Below are positions 1 to 8,701 of a DNA stretch of 64,000 nt, in pieces. The stretch is taken from the NCBI GenBank assembly GCA_963786635.1, contig CAWAZV010000008.1, positions 234,051 to 298,050 on the forward strand. The letters run 5' to 3'. The notes below the pieces were generated by a model that saw only the letters and a list, made by a program, of their open reading frames with translations, had not been told where the DNA came from and did not search any database. Both the position numbers and the translations under genes were made by a program. How positions within the stretch are numbered: the stretch's first letter is position 1; every line of letters starts with the position of its first letter. Source of the DNA: an uncultured beta proteobacterium. GTDB lineage: Bacteria > Pseudomonadota > Gammaproteobacteria > Burkholderiales > Usitatibacteraceae.

Positions 1-377
1 AGCTCGCCCGACTTGCGCAGGCCCAGCGAGCGGTCGACCAGGAGCGCGCAGCCGGCGCGGAACCGGTCGCTCACCAGCAGGAGCCGCGCCTCGCCGGTGA
101 CCACCGTGGGCTCGCCGCCGAGAAAGGCGGCGAAATCGGTCACGCTGTAGAGATTGCCGCGGATGTTCGCCACGCCGCGGAACCACGGGCGCGCGAGCGG
201 CACCGCCGAGATCGGCGGCACGCGGATCATCTCGCCGGCCTCGGCAAGATCGACCAGCCAGGCGCCGCCACCGGCTTCCAGGCCGAGCTTCGAGGCGGCA
301 TGGCCGTCCGTCTCGGCGCGTTGCAGGCGCGCGGAGAACTCCAGCTGGTAATCGCGCAGCGACTGTCTGGCAGCCAT
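1..377 (-). CDS. pilI: CheW-like coupling protein PilI (5' part only, runs off the window start)
   Basis: My minus-strand translation from the ATG at 377 gives MAARQSLRDYQLEFSARLQ...VPLARPWFRGVANIRGNLYSVTDFAAFLGG, which is CheW-like. It lies directly downstream of pilG-pilH. It is open-ended, so it is absent from the ORF track. Confidence 0.7.
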   Translation of the reverse strand, partial: MAARQSLRDYQLEFSARLQRAETDGHAASKLGLEAGGGAWLVDLAEAGEMIRVPPISAVPLARPWFRGVANIRGNLYSVTDFAAFLGGEPTVVTGEARLLLVSDRFRAGCALLVDRSLGLRKSGE

Positions 378-378
378 G

Positions 379-744
379 TCAGCCGAGTGCGGCGATCTTC
401 GCCAGGAGGTCTTCCTGGACCACGGGCTTCACGATGTAGTCGCGGGCGCCCTGGCGCAGGCCCCAGACCTTGTCGGTCTCCTGGCCCTTGCTCGTGCACA
501 GGATGACGGGGATGTCCTTGGTGCTCTCGTCCCTGGTGAACGTGCGCGTCGCCTGGAAGCCGTTCTGCCCCGGCATCACGACATCCATGAGCACGAGGTC
601 GGGGCGCTGCTGCTTCACCTTCACCAGCGCGTCTTCGGCGCTCTCCGCCGTCGCCACCTTGAAGCCGTTCCGCGACAGCATGTCGCTCAGGTGCCGGCGG
701 TCGGTCGGCGAGTCGTCTACAACCAGGATGCTGCTGATCTTCAT
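379..744 (-). CDS. pilH: CheY-like single-domain response regulator PilH
   Basis: The 121-aa ORF has a receiver domain (VDDS...DLVLMDVVMPGQNGFQATR...KGQETDKVWGLRQGARDYIVKP), very similar to my recollection of Pseudomonas PilH. It sits in pilG-pilH-pilI order. Confidence 0.85.
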   Translation of the reverse strand: MKISSILVVDDSPTDRRHLSDMLSRNGFKVATAESAEDALVKVKQQRPDLVLMDVVMPGQNGFQATRTFTRDESTKDIPVILCTSKGQETDKVWGLRQGARDYIVKPVVQEDLLAKIAALG

Positions 745-761
745 GGGGCACCTCTCCAGGG

Positions 762-1163
762 TCAGGGAAGACTGGAAGCCGGCTTGAGGTAATCGCTCAC
801 CGCCTCGACCAGCGTTTCCTTGGTGAAGGGCTTGGTGAGGTAGCGGTCGGAGCCGGCGAGCCTGCCGCGGGCGCGGTCGAAGACACCGTCCTTGCTGGAC
901 AGCATGATCACCGGCGTGGCCTTCAGCCGCGGGTTCTGCTTGATGAGGGCGCAGGTCTGGTAGCCGTCGAGCCGCGGCATCATGATGTCGACGAAGATGA
1001 CCTGCGGCTCGTGATCGGTGATCTTGGAGAGCGCGTCGAAGCCGTCCTCGGCCAGGATCACCTCGTACCCGGCCTGGCGCAGGAATAGCTCGGCACTGCG
1101 CCGGATGGTGTTGCTGTCATCGATGACGAGCACCTTGACCGGTGCCGTCGAAGCGTCGCCCAC
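762..1163 (-). CDS. pilG: CheY-like response regulator PilG (twitching motility Chp-type system)
   Basis: The 133-aa ORF contains VIDDSNTIRRSAE...DGFDALSKI...FVDIMMPRLDGYQTCALIK...MLSSKDGVFDRARGRLAGSDRYLTKPF, close to the PilG consensus as I recall it. Confidence 0.9.
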   Translation of the reverse strand: MGDASTAPVKVLVIDDSNTIRRSAELFLRQAGYEVILAEDGFDALSKITDHEPQVIFVDIMMPRLDGYQTCALIKQNPRLKATPVIMLSSKDGVFDRARGRLAGSDRYLTKPFTKETLVEAVSDYLKPASSLP

Positions 1164-1416
1164 AGCCCCCCCTTGCTGATTCGGCCTTAAGGGTGCTCTG
1201 CCAGGCGGCTTGGTTCGGAATGACGGTCTCTAGACCGGCAACCCCGCTGCCATACGTTCAGTTCGAACGGTTAGGCCGGTAGCTTTGCGTCGCCACATTT
1301 CGGTGGCTTTGCCCTTGCCGACGAATTTGCTCTTGCCAAAAGCGGAAGTCAATGGGGTGACGGCAGCTTTTGTTAATTATTTCCTTTCAATGTCCGCGAA
1401 TTCGTGCCTAGGGGAA

Positions 1417-2337
1417 TCAGTAGACGCTCGCCACGAACCGCTGGCTCGACTTCTTCGGCCGCTTGTAACCGATGTCGGCCTGCCGCGGCGGCACCTCGAT
1501 CTCGACGGGGGTCATGTTCTCGTAGGGGATCTGGTGCAGGAGGTGGGCGATGCAGTTCAGGCGCGCCTTCTTCTTGTTGTCCGCGTTGACGACCCACCAC
1601 GGGGTCTTCTTCCGGTCGGTCGCGGCGAACATGAGGTCCTTGGCCCGCGAGTACTCCACCCAGTGCTTGCGCGACTCGATGTCCATCGGGGAGAGCTTCC
1701 AGCGCTTGGTGGGGTTGCGGATGCGCTCCTGGAAGCGCCGCTCCTGCTCCTCGTCGTTCACCGAGAACCAGTACTTGACCAGCACGATGCCGGAACGCAC
1801 CAGCATCTCCTCGAACTGCGGGCAGGAGCGCAGGAATTCCTCGTACTCGGCCTCGGTGCAGAAGCCCATCACGCGCTCGACGCCGGCGCGGTTGTACCAG
1901 CTGCGGTCGAAGAGGACGATCTCGCCGGCCGCGGGCAGGTGCGGCACGTAGCGCTGGAAGTACCACTGGCTCCTCTCGCGCTCGGTGGGCGTGCCCAGGG
2001 CGACGATGCGGCAGATGCGCGGGTTCAGGCACTCGGCGATGCGCTTGATCACGCCGCCCTTGCCGGCCGCGTCGCGGCCCTCGAAGATCACCGCGACCTT
2101 GAGCCCCTGCATGCGCACCCACTCCTGCAGCTTGATCAACTCGACCTGCAGGTGGGCGAGTTCCTTGACGTACTTGTAGTCGCCGGGCGGCTTGCGCGGC
2201 TTGGTGCGGCCCGCCCGGTGCCAGTACTGCTCGATGCTCGCCTGCTCCCTGGCGTCGGCCAGGACCTCGTTTTCGGCCTTCGCGTGCTTCGCCTTCGGCG
2301 GCGTCGCACCCTTCGCCGACTTCTTCTTCATCGCCAT
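1417..2337 (-). CDS. ppk2: polyphosphate kinase 2 (single-domain PPK2)
   Basis: The inner start MAMKKKS lies within the longer ORF 1417..3003. It carries the PPK2 hallmarks IFEGRDAAGKGG (Walker A), SWYNRAGVERVMGF and KRWKLSPMD. The upstream extension is Arg/Gly-rich shadow sequence. Confidence 0.9.
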   Translation of the reverse strand: MAMKKKSAKGATPPKAKHAKAENEVLADAREQASIEQYWHRAGRTKPRKPPGDYKYVKELAHLQVELIKLQEWVRMQGLKVAVIFEGRDAAGKGGVIKRIAECLNPRICRIVALGTPTERERSQWYFQRYVPHLPAAGEIVLFDRSWYNRAGVERVMGFCTEAEYEEFLRSCPQFEEMLVRSGIVLVKYWFSVNDEEQERRFQERIRNPTKRWKLSPMDIESRKHWVEYSRAKDLMFAATDRKKTPWWVVNADNKKKARLNCIAHLLHQIPYENMTPVEIEVPPRQADIGYKRPKKSSQRFVASVY

Positions 2338-2421
2338 CGTGGTCTCCCTTGCACCTCGCGCAATCCCGCATCGAGAATACCAGCGCGGTAACATGATGGG
2401 GACGCAACGACGGAACTTGCC

Positions 2422-3624
2422 ATGCCCGCCATCAGCCGCCGCGCCAACGAGCTCGGCACCGAAAACGCCTTCGTCGTCCTCGCCGAGGTGGCCAAGCTGC
2501 AGGCCGCCGGCAAGGACATCGTTTCCTTCTGCATCGGCCAGCCCGACTTCCCGACGCCGCTGAACATCCAGGATGCCGCCGTCAAGGCGATCCGGGACGG
2601 CAAGCACGGCTACACGCCCTCGGCCGGCATCGTGGAACTGCGCGAGGCCATCGCGAAATACGTCTCGCGCACGCGCGCCATTGCGGTGAGCGCGGACGAC
2701 GTCGTGGTCGGCGCGGGTGCCAAGCCCTTCATCGCCTACACGATCCTCTCCGTCACCGACCACGGCGCGGGCGACGAGGTGATCTATCCCAACCCCGGCT
2801 TCCCGATCTACGAGTCGCAGATCCGCGCCATGGGCGCGGTGCCCGTGCCCATCTACCTGCGCGAGTCGCGCGGCTTCAACTTCGACCCGGCCGAGCTCGA
2901 GGCGAAGATCACGCCGAGGACGAAGCTCCTCATCCTCAACTCGCCGCAGAACCCCACCGGCGGCATCGTCCCCGCGAAGGACATGCAGGCCATCGCCGAC
3001 CATCCTTGCGAGGCACCCGGACGTGTGGGTATACGCCGACGAGATCTATTCGCGCCTCGTGTACGACGGCACTTCGCCTCGCTCGCCTCCATCCCCGGCA
3101 TGCAGGAACGCACCATCATCTGCGACGGCGCCTCCAAGACCTGGGCGATGACCGGCTGGCGGCTCGGCTACGCGGTGAACAAGGCACTGGCGCCCGTGTT
3201 CACGCGCTGGGTCACCAACACCGAGTCGTGCGCCTCGCACATCAGCCAGTGGGCGGCCGTGGAAGCGTTGAACGGCCCGCAGGACGAGGCGGAGAAGATG
3301 CGCGCGAGCTTCCTCGCCCGCCGCGACCTCATCGTGGGGCTCCTGAACGAGGTGCCGGGCGTCACCTGCCAGTCCCCCGGGGGTGCCTTCTACGCGTGGC
3401 CGAACGTCACCGAGGCCTGCCGCATGATCGGCACCAGGGATTCGGAGGAATTCCGCGTGCGGCTGCTGAACGAGGCCGGTGTCGCGGTGCTCGCCGACAT
3501 CCACTTCGGCCCGCGCGTCCCGGACGAGGGCCAGCACATCCGCTTCAGCTACGCCGCCTCCAGCGCGGCGATCGAGAAGGGCGTGGCGCGCATGGCGGAG
3601 TTCGTGCGCCGCAACACGAAGTAG
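2422..3624 (+). CDS. class I/II PLP-dependent aminotransferase (aspartate/alanine type), with an internal compensated frame disturbance at 3001-3072
   Basis: The 400-aa ORF has NPGFPIY, NSPQNPTGG and the PLP-lysine motif SKTWAMTGWRLGY. Residues encoded at 3001-3072 read as nonsense in frame, but as ILARHPDVWVYADEIYSRLVYDG in the +1 frame. Confidence 0.85.
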   Translation: MPAISRRANELGTENAFVVLAEVAKLQAAGKDIVSFCIGQPDFPTPLNIQDAAVKAIRDGKHGYTPSAGIVELREAIAKYVSRTRAIAVSADDVVVGAGAKPFIAYTILSVTDHGAGDEVIYPNPGFPIYESQIRAMGAVPVPIYLRESRGFNFDPAELEAKITPRTKLLILNSPQNPTGGIVPAKDMQAIADHPCEAPGRVGIRRRDLFAPRVRRHFASLASIPGMQERTIICDGASKTWAMTGWRLGYAVNKALAPVFTRWVTNTESCASHISQWAAVEALNGPQDEAEKMRASFLARRDLIVGLLNEVPGVTCQSPGGAFYAWPNVTEACRMIGTRDSEEFRVRLLNEAGVAVLADIHFGPRVPDEGQHIRFSYAASSAAIEKGVARMAEFVRRNTK

Positions 3625-3633
3625 GCCCGGCGC

Positions 3634-4701
3634 ATGGCCGCCTGGACCTGGCTCCTCCCGGCGAGCGCCATCGCGCTCCTGGCCGCCGCCATCGCGCTGG
3701 GCGTGGGCACGTGGCTTGCGATCGCCTGCGCGGCGGCGCTGGTCGGCGCGGTGATCGCGGCCGTGCACCATGCGGAAGTGGTGGCGCACAAGGTCGGCGA
3801 GCCCTTCGGCACGCTGGTCCTCGCGGTGGCGGTCACCGTCATCGAGGCTTCGCTGATCCTGTCGATGATGCTCGCCGGCGGGGCCGACAAGGCGGCCCTG
3901 CCGCGCGACACGATCTACGCCGCGCTCATGATCATCTGCAACGGCGTGGTCGGCATCTGCGTGCTGGTGGGCGGCATCCACCACCGCGAGCAGACCTTTC
4001 GCGTGGAAGGCGCCGGCCCGGGACTTGCGGCGCTGATCGCCATGGCGACACTTTCGCTCGTGCTGCCCGCCTTCACCACGACCACGCCGGGCGGGACCTA
4101 CAGCGCCCCGCAGCTCCTGTTCGCGGCAGTCGCCTCGCTGGCGCTGTGGGGCGTCTTCGTCTTCGTGCAGACGGTGCGGCACCGCGACTACTTCCTCCCG
4201 GCGGCGGATGCGGCCAACCCGGAGGTGCACGCCGCGCCACCCACGCATGCGCTCGCCTGGGCGAGCTTCGCGCTGCTCGTCGTCGCGCTGGTCGCGGTGG
4301 TGGGTCTCGCCAAGATGCTCTCGCCGACGATCGAGCGGGCGGTGGCGGCGGCCGGCGCACCGGAGACCGTCATCGGCATCGCGATCGCGATGCTGGTGCT
4401 GCTGCCGGAGACCTGGGCCGCGGTGCGCGCCGCGCGCGCGAACCGCCTGCAGACCAGCATGAACCTGGCCATCGGCTCGGCGCTGGCGAGCATCGGGCTC
4501 ACGATTCCCGTGGTGGCGATCGCCTCCATCGTCCTCGACATCCCGCTCGTCCTGGGCCTGGAGGCCAAGGACCTGGTGATGCTCGCCCTCACCTTCGCCG
4601 TCGCCACGATCACGCTCGGCACGGGCCGCACGAACATCATGCAGGGCGCGGTCCAGCTCGTGATCTTCGCGGCCTTCCTGTTCCTCGCGTTCGTGCCCTG
4701 A
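3634..4701 (+). CDS. chaA: Ca2+/H+ antiporter, ChaA/CAX family
   Basis: The 355-aa polytopic membrane protein has HHAEVVAHKVGEPFGTLVLAVAVTVIEASLI and LLPETWAAVRAARANRLQTSMNLAIGSALASIGLTIP, which are typical ChaA repeats. Confidence 0.8.
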   Translation: MAAWTWLLPASAIALLAAAIALGVGTWLAIACAAALVGAVIAAVHHAEVVAHKVGEPFGTLVLAVAVTVIEASLILSMMLAGGADKAALPRDTIYAALMIICNGVVGICVLVGGIHHREQTFRVEGAGPGLAALIAMATLSLVLPAFTTTTPGGTYSAPQLLFAAVASLALWGVFVFVQTVRHRDYFLPAADAANPEVHAAPPTHALAWASFALLVVALVAVVGLAKMLSPTIERAVAAAGAPETVIGIAIAMLVLLPETWAAVRAARANRLQTSMNLAIGSALASIGLTIPVVAIASIVLDIPLVLGLEAKDLVMLALTFAVATITLGTGRTNIMQGAVQLVIFAAFLFLAFVP

Positions 4702-4703
4702 CG

Positions 4704-5129
4704 ATGCCCGTGCCCGGCGCAGGCTACTCCGGCACTCCGCTCGCCAGGAAGCTGGGCATGCGCGAGAACGCCCGCGTCTGCGCGCTCGACGCGCCGGCGG
4801 ACTACGAAGCCCTGCTCGCGCCCATTCCGGCCGGGGTGAAGTTCGCCGTGAAGCCGACTCCGGAGACGGACCTGGTGCACGTGTTCGTGCGCGAACGCGC
4901 CGTGCTCGCGCGCCGGCTCGGCGCCATCCTGAAGGCGACGCGCCCGGACGTGTCGATCTGGGTGTCGTGGCCGAAGAAGGCCGCGAAGGTTCCGACCGAC
5001 ATCACCGAGGACACCATTCGCGAGGTCGCGCTGCCGCTCGGACTCGTGGACGTGAAGGTCTGCGCCGTGGATGCGGTCTGGTCGGGCCTGAAGCTGGTCA
5101 TCCGGAAGGAGAACCGCCCGGCGACGTGA
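4704..5129 (+). CDS. DUF3052-like small cytoplasmic protein
   Basis: An inner ATG at 4704 in the frame of ORF 3006..5129 gives MPVPGAGYSGTPLARKLGMRENARV...SIWVSWPKK, resembling DUF3052 proteins as I recall them. It starts 3 nt after the chaA stop. Confidence 0.6.
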   Translation: MPVPGAGYSGTPLARKLGMRENARVCALDAPADYEALLAPIPAGVKFAVKPTPETDLVHVFVRERAVLARRLGAILKATRPDVSIWVSWPKKAAKVPTDITEDTIREVALPLGLVDVKVCAVDAVWSGLKLVIRKENRPAT

Positions 5130-6633
5130 CCGCCCGCGTTCCGCGCTGCAGCCACCGTTCCGCAACCTCGAACGAAACGTGGACGAGGAGCGCCATCGCC
5201 GCCGCAGGCAGGGCGCCGGCGATGAGCAAGGTGTGGTCGTTCACCGCCAGGCCCTGCACGATGCGCTCGCCGAATCCTCCGGCGCCCACGAATGCCGCGA
5301 TGGTGGCGGTGCCCACGTTCATCACGGCCGAGGTCTTCACGCCGGCCATGATGGTCGGCGCCGCGAGCGGCAACTCGATGCGCCACAGTGCTCTGTTGCG
5401 CGGTGAGCCCCAGCGCGAGGGCCGCCTGCCGCAGGCCCGCCGACACGCCCTCGAGGCCCGCGTGCGTGTTGCGCGCGATCGGCAGCAGCGCATAGAGGAA
5501 GAGGGCGATGAGCGCCGGCCACGCACCGATGCCGGTGAGCGGGATGAGGAAGGCGAGGAGCGCCAGCGACGGGATCGTCTGCAGGAGTCCCGCGGTCGCC
5601 AGCAGCGGCTGCGTGAGCAGGCGCACGCGCGCCGCGGCGATGCCCATCGGCACTCCCGCCGCCACGGCGGCGGCGAGCGAGGCGAACACCAGCGTCGCAT
5701 GCTCGACGGCGAGACGCCCGAAGTCGGGCGCGAACACCGCCGACCACAGGCTGCGCGGCGCGGTATCGGCCTTCGCACCCAGGAACTCGCCCGCGACGGC
5801 CGCGAACGCGACCCGGTCGAGTTCCGCGCGACCGTTGAGGCGGATCATCGTCGCCTCGTCGATGCGGCCCTGCAGCCCGGCCCAGGCGGCGAAGGCCTGC
5901 GGATGGCGCTTCGGCAGGTCCTGGCGGTGCAGCACCACGGCGTCGTAGCGCGGGAAGAAGCTGCGGTCGTCGGCCAGCACCCGCACGCCGAGCCGGGCGA
6001 TCTTCGCGTCGGTGGTGTAGATGTCGATCACCTCGACCTGGCCCGCCGCCAGGGCCTCGTAGGCGATGCCGTGGTCGAGCCCGCGCGGGTCCGCCTGCGG
6101 CAGGCCATACGCCGTGCGCAATCCGGGCCATCCGTCCGCGCGGCGCAGGAATTCGTGCGAGAGGCCCAGCGCGACCTGCGCGTGGCGCGCGAGATCGGAG
6201 ACGGTGGCGATGCCGCGCGCCGCGCAACGCTTTCGCGCATGCCCAGGGCGTAGCCGTTCGAGAATCCGAGGGGAATGCTGGCCGCCAGGCCCAGCGGCGC
6301 CAGGCGCCGGTTGAGCGTGGCGAGATCCGCGGGGCCGCCGTCCTTGAGGATTTCGCGCGCGATCGTGCCGGTGTATTCGGGGTAGGCGTCGATGGCCCCG
6401 CGCCTGAGCGCCTCGTAGAGGATGGCGGTGTTGCCCATGCCCGGCAGGTGCTCGGCCTGCGTCCCGGCGCCGCGCGCGGACTGCGCGAGGATCTCGCCCA
6501 GGATGTAGGACTCCGTGAAGCGCTTCGAGCCCACGCGCAGCGGCTCCGCAGCCGTCGCAGCCGGCATGGCGATGCAGAGTGCGGCAAGGAGAGCGCCCGT
6601 GCGCAGGCGAACCGGGTTCATCGGCCGCAGCAT
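5098..6633 (-). CDS. fused substrate-binding/permease component of a glycine-betaine/choline-type (OpuAC-family) ABC transporter; needs at least 2 frame corrections
   Basis: The signal peptide and SBP part (EPLRVGSKRFTESYILGEILAQ...GMGNTAILYEALRRGAIDAYPEYTGTI) are followed by a permease part (LLQTIPSLALLAFLIPLTGIG...ELPLAAPTIMAGVKTSAVMNVGTATIAAFVGAGGFG). The protein is spread over three ORF-track frames (6028..7794 tail, 4802..6121, 5098..5778). Confidence 0.7.
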
Positions 6634-6653
6634 ACCGCCCCGGGTGCGCGGAT

Positions 6654-7794
6654 TCAGCGCGGCATCAGGATCAGGTAGAGGCCCAGCAGCACCATGATGG
6701 CGCCGGAAACGAGCTTGAGCAGCCGCCCTTCCTTCTCCTGCAGGCGCTTCTGGCTCAGCGTGACGACGCCGATGGCGAGGAGGACCACGTCGTCGATCAT
6801 GTACATGGCGATGTAGAGGCCGATGTAGCCGTAGTAGTGCAGCGCGTCGAGTTGCCGCAGGGTGAGGATGCGCGTGTAGAGGGCCGGCAGCCCGGAGGTG
6901 CAGAGAAGCTCCACGATCTGCACCAGGATGCCCAGCACCACCGTGCCGGCGATCGCGAGCACCAGGCTCTGCTCGTGCATCAGGGCGCGCATGCGCTGGT
7001 AGATGCCCGGCTTGGCCGCCGCCGGGATCGACAGCGTGATGCCGCGCCCGAAGGCGAAGTAGTCCTTGACGTGGATGAGTCCCGCCACCAGCGCGATGAC
7101 GCCGAGGACGATCTCGGAGGTGCGCGAGATGCCGATCACCAGGAACAGGTTCAGCCACGCCGCCAGGAAGGCGAAGTAGGCGATGCCCTGGATCGCGACG
7201 AAGGTCCCGGCGATGGCGATCATGCGACGCCGGTCGCCCACCGCCGCGAGCATCGACACCATCAGGACCAGCACCCACATCGAGCAGGGATTGAAGCCGT
7301 CGAGGAGGCCGATGGCGACGGTGAAGAGCGGCAGGCCCACCTGGTCGATGTCGATGCGCTTGCCGATCCAGGGCAGGTCGACGTAGCCCACTTGCGCCTG
7401 CGGCGTGCCGGCCTGCGCGGAACGCTCCGCAGCCGCCTGGTCGACCATCTCCCGCAGGGCTGGCGCCCGTCGTCTCCGGCCCGGAATAGCCGATGAGCAG
7501 GCGCCCATCGAGGTGGAAGGCGGGGACGCTGGCCGCAACGCCGGGATGGGCGGCGAGAATCTCGCGCAGGCGATCGCCGGCGCCCGGATCCTGGTAGACG
7601 TCGCGTATCGTCAGGCGCAGCGCGGGGCGCTCCCGGCCGAGCTCCGCGAGGAACACCTTGGCCTTCGCGCAGTGCGGGCAGCCTTCGTAGACGAACACTT
7701 CCATCTCGACTGCGCCCGTGGCGGCTTCCGGCGGCGCAGCAGCCAGCGCTGCCGCCGCAGGCCACCACGCCGAGCATCGGCAAGCAGCAGCCAT
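6654..7794 (-). CDS. glutaredoxin-like (CPHC) domain fused to a multi-pass membrane domain with NPC and CTSG cysteine motifs (DsbD/CcdA-like thiol-disulfide conduit); one frame correction near 7465
   Basis: The N-terminal part, in frame 6028..7794, reads EVFVYEGCPHCAKAKVFLAEL...VPAFHLDGRLLIGYSGPETTG. The membrane part, in ORF 6654..7538, reads LPWIGKRIDI...LLDGFNPCSMWVLVLM...VELLCTSGLPALY. The N-terminal start is uncertain. Confidence 0.6.
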
Positions 7795-7863
7795 GCGCCA
7801 AGGCTGCGCAACCCTGCCAAAGAGGCAAGCTGCGTTTGCAACCGCCTTGCCCGCGGATGCAGG

Positions 7864-8535
7864 TCAGTTCAAGGACATATGCGACCGCCACAGCGCGCAG
7901 ATGTTTCGATGAAGCGCTTTATCAAAGTGCGAGAAGAAACCGGCACCTGCACGCGATGCGGCGATCGCGGAGACGACGAGTGAGTTGCGCGTGCCGATCC
8001 ACGGCAACTCGACGAAGCCGCCCTCCGGCCGCACGGGGGTAGCGCAAGGCTCCACTGCCTCGATGCGGCAGTTCCCTTCGTCTGCCACTGAAGGTGGCGC
8101 AGGCGCAGCCGGGCGGTCGAGCAGTTCGCGGATGCGCGCCCCCGTTGTATCGGTTCCCGTGAAACCGATGATTAGCTCGCCTTGCACGTGAAAGGCCGGC
8201 ACGCCCGCCATCCGCCCGGGAGATTTCGCGACGAGTTCGCGCAGCCGCTCCAGGGCCTCACGGTCGCGCTGGATGTCGCGGATCGACATCCGCAGTGCCG
8301 GCCGTTCCCGGCGCAGCTGCGCGAGGTAAACCTTGGCCTCCGCGCAGTGCGGGCAACCCTCGCGCACGAACACTTCGAGCTGGACGGCTTCGGGAGCGCT
8401 CGCCGGGGCATCGGCGGCGCTTGCCGGTGAGCCCGGCAGCCATGCGAACAGCGCCACGAGGAGGCCGGCACCAAGCAGGCCTCTCCGGCCGGGCGCGAAA
8501 AGCGCGGTCAGCGGGAAGAGCGGAAAATATTGCAT
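7864..8535 (-). CDS. exported glutaredoxin-like (CPHC) protein, a tandem paralog of 6654-7794 that lacks the membrane domain
   Basis: The ORF reads MQYFPLF...signal-like...LEVFVREGCPHCAEAKVYLAQLRRERPALRMSIRDI...VPAFHVQGELIIGFTGTDTTG...ELPWIGTRNS, then continues into an unrelated short tail. DNA around 8190-8340 visibly parallels 7560-7700. Confidence 0.6.
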   Translation of the reverse strand: MQYFPLFPLTALFAPGRRGLLGAGLLVALFAWLPGSPASAADAPASAPEAVQLEVFVREGCPHCAEAKVYLAQLRRERPALRMSIRDIQRDREALERLRELVAKSPGRMAGVPAFHVQGELIIGFTGTDTTGARIRELLDRPAAPAPPSVADEGNCRIEAVEPCATPVRPEGGFVELPWIGTRNSLVVSAIAASRAGAGFFSHFDKALHRNICALWRSHMSLN

Positions 8536-8701
8536 GCGCAGCTCGAGTTCGCCGAGCACGTCCCCGGCACCATGAACATTGTCAACCTCCCCATCGCCGA
8601 GGTTCTGACCAGCCTCAAGACGTCAGTAGGCGGCTTGGCGCACGCCGGCCGGACTGCGCGACCGCCTGACGGGGCGTTCGCTCCGGGCCGCGCCGGCGCG
8701 T

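Noticed and set aside
1296-1325. A small hairpin (GCCAC-atttcg-GTGGC followed by TTTGCCC) as a terminator between ppk2 and pilG.
   Set aside because: The stem is only 5 bp. The T-rich side is on the plus strand, where no gene ends, and on the minus strand no U-tract follows. This is insufficient support.
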